Positions 1 through 4,926 of a DNA stretch of 16,805 nucleotides are shown here, piece after piece. Numbering within the stretch: the stretch's first letter is position 1; each line of letters opens with the position of its first letter. The DNA is from a virus: the IMG/VR virus record IMGVR_UViG_3300045988_101972, positions 1 to 16,805 of that record; one strand, written 5' to 3'. Under the pieces are notes generated by a model. That model was not told where the DNA came from. It made no database searches and saw only the letters and a program-made list of their open reading frames with translations. Both the position numbers and the translations under genes were made by a program.

Positions 1-95
1 GTATAATAGTGAGTGTTATTGTGAGGAGTTGGCTGAGTTGTGTTGAAGTTGAAGGCGGAACGTATTACTGGCGACTTGGGCGTGGTTTTTCACTC
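1..95. repeat. Left inverted terminal repeat (95 bp)
   Basis: Bases 1-95 are the exact reverse complement of 16711-16805. Identity stops at 96/16710. Contains tandem hexamers GAGTTG x2 (26-31, 35-40) and TTGAAG x2 (43-54). Confidence 0.97.
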
Positions 96-309
96 ATTGC
101 GCAAGGGTGCGACGTGTGATGAAGACGTTGAAGAGTACGCTAATGTTAGCGGTGGTTTTAATGAGTTTTGTTTGAGGTTTTACGCTCGGTATGATGATAT
201 CGCTGAGGTGGTTCCGGTAGTTGAAGGCCCTTACCGTGTTGATGAAGCGAGGGAGAGGATGGAGTTTATTCTGGGCTTGACGCTTGAGGAACGTGGCGAG
301 GTGGTGTGA
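40..309 (+). CDS. Hypothetical early protein (89 aa); start lies inside the ITR and is uncertain
   Basis: ORF-track ORF. GTG at 40 (or TTG at 43) follows GAGGAG at 23-28. There is no ATG until near the C-terminus. The product is acidic and no family is recognised. No room exists for a conventional promoter upstream. Confidence 0.4.
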   Translation: MLKLKAERITGDLGVVFHSLRKGATCDEDVEEYANVSGGFNEFCLRFYARYDDIAEVVPVVEGPYRVDEARERMEFILGLTLEERGEVV

Positions 310-370
310 TGTATTTTTGATGAGTTTGCTGAAGATTATTTCAAGCGCTTGGGTGCGCTACGCGGCGCGC

Positions 371-399
371 TTGACTGCACGCGTGATAATAGATATGAT
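371..399 (+). promoter_or_regulatory. Sigma-A/sigma-70 type promoter, TTGACT-17 nt-TATGAT
   Basis: TTGACT at 371-376, a 17-nt spacer, then TATGAT at 394-399. It lies about 65 nt upstream of the 463/466 start codon. Confidence 0.5.
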
Positions 400-462
400 G
401 ATTACGACAAGTCAATTCCGAAGATTTTGTAGAAACATATAAGGCCGCTTATAAAAGGGGGT

Positions 463-1023
463 ATGATGTTGAACATATGGCCGCGCAATTTTAGTGAGTC
501 TCATAGCGTGCCGGTATCGCGAAACTCTTTTAACGATGATATTCTAGGAGATAAGCGCGTAAGTCGTGTACTGAGGGGCGTGAAACGGTGTGTCGCTGGC
601 TTGTACCGTGATTCGGAACACGGGGACTGGGAGACGTTTTGCCGGGCCACTGCCCTTATGGGTCGATTCTATTCAAGCAACGGCCCTCAGATTTCATATC
701 GTGAGAGTGTTCTACATGCCGCTGAGATTTGCGCGACACTTAAACCCGGCGACGGGTTCAAGGACGCCGAGAACCGGTCGGACGGTATAGTCACTCTGGA
801 TGGGCTTATTATTGTCCCCAGCTTGATAGCGTGGTGTGCTGTGGCGTGGGTTAAAGGCGGATACGATTTCAGTATGAAAAAGTTTTGGGGGAGTGATTTT
901 TTCTATGATTTTATTATTGAAAAATGTTGTAAATCGTTTGACAATTTAACAGATGAAGTTTATAATGATAAAGACGTAGCCCTTTGGACTACGAAGCAAA
1001 GCATTATATCCAACGAACAGTAA
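463..1023 (+). CDS. Hypothetical early protein (186 aa)
   Basis: ORF-track ORF. AGGGGG at 456-461 precedes the tandem ATGs at 463 and 466, and 466 has the better spacing. No family is recognised. The 3' third is AT-rich and carries an embedded consensus promoter. Confidence 0.6.
   Translation: MMLNIWPRNFSESHSVPVSRNSFNDDILGDKRVSRVLRGVKRCVAGLYRDSEHGDWETFCRATALMGRFYSSNGPQISYRESVLHAAEICATLKPGDGFKDAENRSDGIVTLDGLIIVPSLIAWCAVAWVKGGYDFSMKKFWGSDFFYDFIIEKCCKSFDNLTDEVYNDKDVALWTTKQSIISNEQ
938..966 (+). promoter_or_regulatory. Perfect consensus promoter TTGACA-17 nt-TATAAT inside the 3' end of the preceding CDS
   Basis: TTGACA at 938-943, a 17-nt spacer, then TATAAT at 961-966. An A/T-rich tract (about 895-937) lies upstream like an UP element. 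The next gene starts at 1037. Confidence 0.6.
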
Positions 1024-1036
1024 GGCGGTATCTAAT

Positions 1037-1342
1037 ATGATTAAGCGAACTCGAAACTACTCTGTGGTTAAGGGTGTCCAGCGTGGCGAAAACGGTGAAC
1101 TTGAAAATATCGAGGTCATTGTTGACGGCGCGTGTCGTTCCGAAGAAAAGGCCATGAAGAAGGCGAGGCGACTGAACAAGAACATGTTGCCGGTTCGTGC
1201 CGAGTATCACGCGCAGTTGACTACCCTTGATGATGAAGAGTATTATAAGATTTGCAAGTTTGGAGAAGATACCATTATCGACTACAGGGGTGTCAACGAT
1301 ATTGATACCGTGGTTGAGGATGATATTCTTTCCGAAGAGTAA
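1037..1342 (+). CDS. Hypothetical early protein (101 aa), basic N-half and acidic C-tail; possible DNA-binding replication accessory protein by position only
   Basis: ATG is preceded by AGGCGG (1023-1028) at 8-nt spacing. The C-terminus is VEDDILSEE. It occupies the slot of the small early replication proteins upstream of TP and DNAP in phi29-type genomes. Confidence 0.6.
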   Translation: MIKRTRNYSVVKGVQRGENGELENIEVIVDGACRSEEKAMKKARRLNKNMLPVRAEYHAQLTTLDDEEYYKICKFGEDTIIDYRGVNDIDTVVEDDILSEE

Positions 1343-1386
1343 TAACAATAACCAACCAACGATAAGACAAAGGCGGCATAATTATT

Positions 1387-1836
1387 ATGGCTGACAACAC
1401 CAATACCGATATCACCGTAGCTCAGGGCAACAACTTCAGCGCTAACGGCGCTAACGCGCTCTCCCACTTTTTTAACACCGAAACGATGGAGGGAAAGCTC
1501 GCTCTCTACGCGGCCCTACAGTCCAGCGATAAGGTCGATGAACATTTGAACGAGGTTTTGCACGTCACTAACGTGGCTGCGCAGTCCATTGAGGTTGCGG
1601 ACGAGAAGACCGGTGAGTTGAATCCGTCTACCCGCGTGATTATCCACGCCGAAGAGGGCGACTTTACCGCTACGTCCCCGTCTCTTGCGCGTTCGTTCGG
1701 CACTATGTTCTCGATTTTCGGCACGCCGGATAAGTGGGATGAACCGTTTGTTATGAGGGTGGTCGAAAAGAAGGCGCGTTCCGGCTACAAATTCTTCGAC
1801 ATTGAGCCGGTATTGGACTCTAAGAAGTCCAAGTGA
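1387..1836 (+). CDS. Hypothetical early protein (149 aa); candidate ssDNA-binding protein by position only
   Basis: ATG is preceded by AGGCGG (1371-1376) at 10-nt spacing. It lies immediately upstream of the TP and DNAP genes and is followed by a strong hairpin. The function is inferred from synteny with phi29 gene 5, not from a recognised motif. Confidence 0.6.
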   Translation: MADNTNTDITVAQGNNFSANGANALSHFFNTETMEGKLALYAALQSSDKVDEHLNEVLHVTNVAAQSIEVADEKTGELNPSTRVIIHAEEGDFTATSPSLARSFGTMFSIFGTPDKWDEPFVMRVVEKKARSGYKFFDIEPVLDSKKSK

Positions 1837-1842
1837 TATACT
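1834..1842 (+). promoter_or_regulatory. Extended -10 element TGATATACT (copy 1 of a recurrent motif)
   Basis: TGnTATACT overlaps the TGA stop of the upstream CDS. TTGGAC lies 18 nt upstream (1813-1818). The 10-mer GTGATATACT occurs identically at 8970 and 13890. Confidence 0.45.
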
Positions 1843-1882
1843 AGGTGGAGTGGGCTAAAAGGCTCACACTGCCGCCAAGCAC

Positions 1883-1917
1883 TAGCCCCCTATGAGTCAT
1901 GGCATAGGGGGCTATTT
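1883..1917 (+). terminator. Stem-loop with a 12-bp perfect stem plus a short T tract; likely partial terminator or attenuator before the TP and DNAP genes
   Basis: TAGCCCCCTATG (1883-1894) pairs with CATAGGGGGCTA (1903-1914), with an 8-nt loop, followed by TTTAAT. Only 24 nt separate it from the TP start, so downstream genes need read-through. Confidence 0.55.
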
Positions 1918-1938
1918 AATCTCGGAAAGCGGGGGCGT

Positions 1939-2901
1939 GTGGCTAAACGTGGTAGGAATAACAAACGTCAACAGCGACGCGAAACCATACGCGCACGCTC
2001 TCGGCAAGCGCAATTGAACGAACGCTTGCGTGATTATTCCACGGGGCTCATACCCGATATCAACGACAGGAATCTGGGTAGGTTGACAGTCCGGCAGTTG
2101 GAACAGGTTGCCGGAAGAGTGGCTCAAAGGGTTGAAGAGCAACAAGCAGCGTTACGCGCAAGGGACGCGCGTGTTTTTCAAGCCACGCCGGATGTTACTA
2201 TCACCAAGCTTGACAGAGAGTTGGCTAATCGCCCATTAATCACAGACGAGCAGATTGATAACGCGCCGTCGAAACGACGTAAAACTCTACGTCAACAACA
2301 GCGTAGACGTGTTCGCGCGCGGGAGAAAATCAAGCGTGCGCAACAGTATAACGCTTTTAACTTGCAACAGTACACTGTGGGTGAACTGCGTGACCTCGAG
2401 TCGCGGGGAGAATCACCGTTTGAAGTGCTGGGCGGTCGAGTCATACACGAAACACCCGAAGACAATCTAATCAGAAGTCGTAAGAACGTTTTGGCTAACA
2501 AAACGTGGGTGCGCGAAAAAATCAGGCACGGCCGACGTGATGAACTTGAAGCGTATGTTAAAGCATATGCGGGCGTCGCCGGGATGAAGCCGATTGATTT
2601 GCGCGATTTTTTGCCCAGTAACCTACGCTCTGAAAACTTCCGGCCGCTGACTCTCGATTATCGCAGTGGTGTATATGAACAGAAGCTCGAGTCAATGGGC
2701 GTGACAATCGCCGCAAGATATAGTAGACTCAGCAATAGGGCTAAAATTTGGTTACTCGAAAACACGCCTTTTATGAGCTTGTTGGATGAAAGTACTCATT
2801 ATGACGAAAATCAAAAAAAATGGGCGACAAACGCGGGTACCATGCCCGACGTAAAAAATCAGATAGCAGACTATCTAACTCAGGCGGAACGAACGAAATG
2901 A
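1939..2901 (+). CDS. Candidate terminal (priming) protein, 320 aa
   Basis: Lies immediately upstream of the protein-primed DNAP, 6 nt from it, as in phi29-type genomes. It has very basic segments (MAKRGRNNKRQQRRETIRARSR; SKRRKTLRQQQRRRVRAREKIKR). It starts with GTG and has no in-frame ATG nearby. The genome has ITRs. The call rests on position and composition. Confidence 0.6.
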   Translation: MAKRGRNNKRQQRRETIRARSRQAQLNERLRDYSTGLIPDINDRNLGRLTVRQLEQVAGRVAQRVEEQQAALRARDARVFQATPDVTITKLDRELANRPLITDEQIDNAPSKRRKTLRQQQRRRVRAREKIKRAQQYNAFNLQQYTVGELRDLESRGESPFEVLGGRVIHETPEDNLIRSRKNVLANKTWVREKIRHGRRDELEAYVKAYAGVAGMKPIDLRDFLPSNLRSENFRPLTLDYRSGVYEQKLESMGVTIAARYSRLSNRAKIWLLENTPFMSLLDESTHYDENQKKWATNAGTMPDVKNQIADYLTQAERTK

Positions 2902-2907
2902 GGTGTC

Positions 2908-4374
2908 ATGGCGGTACGTTTGGCGGCGGCTACCGACGGTACGACGCTACTGGACAATGAACTGGGGGCGGTAGGTCTCTCAGCGAACACGGTAATGCAA
3001 CTAACTCAGCGCGACAGTAACACGCGCGTTTATTGCGCTCATGGTTGGTCTGACATTGAACGACTCGCAACTGACTTGTTCCGAATATTACCTCACGCCA
3101 CGTCGCCGCAGTCCAACGGGATACGTGGCACGTTTGACACGCGCGGTCACTTTTACAATCTCGCTGTACGCTGGGACAAAACCATTGTTGACTTTGCAGA
3201 CGTGCGCAATATCACGCGCGATAATGAGGTCACTGAAAGCGCGGCCGATTTTGGGGGGGACAGTGACCTTGAAACCACGTGGAACATAGCCCAGTCGCTA
3301 CTGGCCCACAAACTGCAAGGCACGACCATAGGCGCGGTGGCAATGAACGATTACATCGGCGGCGATTATCGTAGGTTCCGGGAAAAATTCCCGCCATTGG
3401 ACGCGACGGACTACGGGCGTATGAGAGCTAGCTACTTTGGTGCGTACTTACAGGCCGAAGCGGGCGAATATGCCGAGTGCTCTAGCTGGGACGTGAACTC
3501 ATTATATCCGTTCATCATGCGCAACATGCCATTGCCGTATGGGGTTCCGGAATGGTATGACGGTAAGTACGTGGCGGACAAAACCATGCCTCTTCATATT
3601 GATGTCATATCATTTGCCGCCACGTTGAAAAAAAACAAATGCCCGACGCTGACAAACCTGTTGCCGTTATGGGGGTTCGAGCATGTTCGACTGCCGAGCA
3701 CGTTCGGCGTGGTCACCATGCCGCTCACCGAGGTAGACCAGCAGACGTTACGCGAAAACTATGACGTTGATATATATGAGGTTCAAGGTGGCTGGAAGTT
3801 CCGCAGAAGCCAAGGGCACTTTCAGGCGTACGTTGATGAATGGTTTCACGTGAAACAATCCGAGACAGGCACTCGGAAACGTATCGCCAAGCTCATGCTT
3901 AACTCGTTGGTGGGAAAGTTCGGCGCAAGCGTCAACAGGCCCATGATGGAACCCGTCTTAGATGAATCAACGCAAGAGCTGCGGTTTGACGTGAAACCGG
4001 CCAACGCTTTGGCGTCACTCGCGTATATGCCGGTGGCTGCGTATGTTAACGCCTATGGACGGCAGATTTTAACACGTGCGATAAACCAGAACCAAGACAG
4101 AGTCATATACGCCGACACCGACAGTATGATAGTGACTGGATTGGACGTGCCTCATGGCATCGAAGCCGACCAAAGTAAGCTGGGCTTATGGAAAAACGAC
4201 TGCCGATACAGGCGGCTGCGAATATTGGGGCCGCGCAAGTATTGCGGGGAGACCATCGAGGGCGATACCGTCATGAGATTGTCTGGGGTCAAACGGCGTG
4301 ACCCGATACCGTACGACAGTTTCTACGCGGGTAGCAGTCTTATGAACGACTACGGTCAGGAGTTTGTGCTATAA
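2908..4374 (+). CDS. Protein-primed family-B DNA polymerase (488 aa)
   Basis: Motif A SWDVNSLYP (nt 3484 onward). Motif B KLMLNSLVGKFG (nt 3889 onward). Motif C VIYADTDSMIV (D403/D405, nt 4114 onward). YxGA motif SYFGA. KxY motif PRKYCG. The spacings A-to-B (133 aa) and B-to-C (75 aa) match the TPR1 and TPR2 insertions typical of protein-primed polymerases. GAGG RBS at 2900-2903. Confidence 0.95.
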   Translation: MAVRLAAATDGTTLLDNELGAVGLSANTVMQLTQRDSNTRVYCAHGWSDIERLATDLFRILPHATSPQSNGIRGTFDTRGHFYNLAVRWDKTIVDFADVRNITRDNEVTESAADFGGDSDLETTWNIAQSLLAHKLQGTTIGAVAMNDYIGGDYRRFREKFPPLDATDYGRMRASYFGAYLQAEAGEYAECSSWDVNSLYPFIMRNMPLPYGVPEWYDGKYVADKTMPLHIDVISFAATLKKNKCPTLTNLLPLWGFEHVRLPSTFGVVTMPLTEVDQQTLRENYDVDIYEVQGGWKFRRSQGHFQAYVDEWFHVKQSETGTRKRIAKLMLNSLVGKFGASVNRPMMEPVLDESTQELRFDVKPANALASLAYMPVAAYVNAYGRQILTRAINQNQDRVIYADTDSMIVTGLDVPHGIEADQSKLGLWKNDCRYRRLRILGPRKYCGETIEGDTVMRLSGVKRRDPIPYDSFYAGSSLMNDYGQEFVL

Positions 4375-4375
4375 T
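4367..4375 (+). promoter_or_regulatory. Extended -10 element TGCTATAAT overlapping the DNAP stop codon
   Basis: A TGnTATAAT consensus with no good -35. It would start transcription near 4382, at the head of the structured non-coding gap preceding the structural genes. Confidence 0.45.
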
Positions 4376-4381
4376 AGGAAT

Positions 4382-4545
4382 GTGCGGGGCATGCCCCTTG
4401 AATTGACACGCTAGCCCTCATGCGTGGCACGCGGTAAGGCGCGGCATGGGGATGTAAATGGTATGCCATACCCTAGGTGCAAAGAGAGTCCCGGCATGAC
4501 CTACATCATTTGTATGGCCCCATTATTGGGGCCATACCCTTAAAC
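4382..4545 (+). other. Structured non-coding region (candidate leader, small RNA or operator cluster) at the replication/structural boundary
   Basis: No ORF longer than 15 codons with an RBS. Hairpins: GGGG-CATG-CCCC (4386-4397); CCCT(C)ATGC (4415-4423) with GCATGGGG (4444-4451); GGTAT-GCC-ATACC (4460-4472); a 10-bp perfect stem GTATGGCCCC / GGGGCCATAC (4512-4537) with loop ATTATT. GGCATG occurs 3 times and GCCATACCCT twice. Confidence 0.5.
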
Positions 4546-4557
4546 GGAAGGAATCTC

Positions 4558-4926
4558 ATGGACAACGATGAAACCGACGTTACCCCGGACGATACCACAC
4601 CGTCCGATACCGGCGACAACGGCGACGGAGAAGACAACCCGCCCGAGCAGAACCCAGAAACACAGGACAACGATACCGACAAGAGCGCTGACCCGGCCGA
4701 AGCCGACACCGATAGCGACATGAACGCGCGTATCACGGCGCTGGAGTCGGCCATCACGGAAATCTCTCAGACCCTTGCGGAGATTCAGGCCGCAAACGCC
4801 AAGACGGTATTGGGCGGTGGCGACGAGTCCAATGACCTACCCGACGAGGCCGACGCGCTCACCGACGATGACGCTAACGGCACCTATCTTACTTTTGACG
4901 ACCTCTACGAAAAGGATGAAGACTAA
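4558..4926 (+). CDS. Putative scaffolding protein (122 aa, highly acidic)
   Basis: ATG at 4558 is preceded by GGAAGGA (4546-4552). The N-half is D/E/T/P-rich and low in complexity, and the C-half is a predicted helix. It lies directly upstream of the capsid gene with a TAATG overlap, as for phi29 gp7. The track start at 4477 was rejected because it has no RBS and crosses hairpins. Confidence 0.65.
   Translation: MDNDETDVTPDDTTPSDTGDNGDGEDNPPEQNPETQDNDTDKSADPAEADTDSDMNARITALESAITEISQTLAEIQAANAKTVLGGGDESNDLPDEADALTDDDANGTYLTFDDLYEKDED

Noticed and set aside
2-7. TATAAT hexamer at the extreme left end (mirrored at the right end) as a promoter
   Set aside because: There is no DNA upstream for RNA polymerase contacts, and the end is presumably capped by terminal protein. 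It is more likely part of the replication origin.
320-442. 40-codon ORF (MSLLKIISSAWVRYAARLTARVIIDMMITTSQFRRFCRNI) in the 310-462 gap
   Set aside because: It has no convincing RBS, and it spans the TTGACT-17-TATGAT promoter that better explains this spacer.
590-790. Short alternative-frame ORFs nested in recognised genes (for example 590-790, 2255-2470, 3041-3289, 5162-5427, 6106-6345, 6872-7177, 8027-8263, 9848-10030, 10968-11210, 11784-11981, 12892-13212, 13645-13893, 13980-14162, 14474-14692)
   Set aside because: All are embedded in longer ORFs with motif or synteny support. They lack RBSs and have Arg/Pro/Ser-rich compositions typical of off-frame translation.
2813-2820. A8 homopolymer runs (also 3628-3635 and 12853-12860) as programmed slippage sites
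   Set aside because: All three encode Lys-Lys in frame within continuous, homology-supported ORFs, and no alternative-frame ORF continues downstream. They are worth remembering only as possible sequencing-error hotspots.
4477-4557. N-terminal extension of the scaffold ORF (track start at GTG 4477)
   Set aside because: It has no RBS and would translate through two strong hairpins. The ATG at 4558 has an excellent GGAAGGA RBS, and the acidic scaffold-like sequence begins there.
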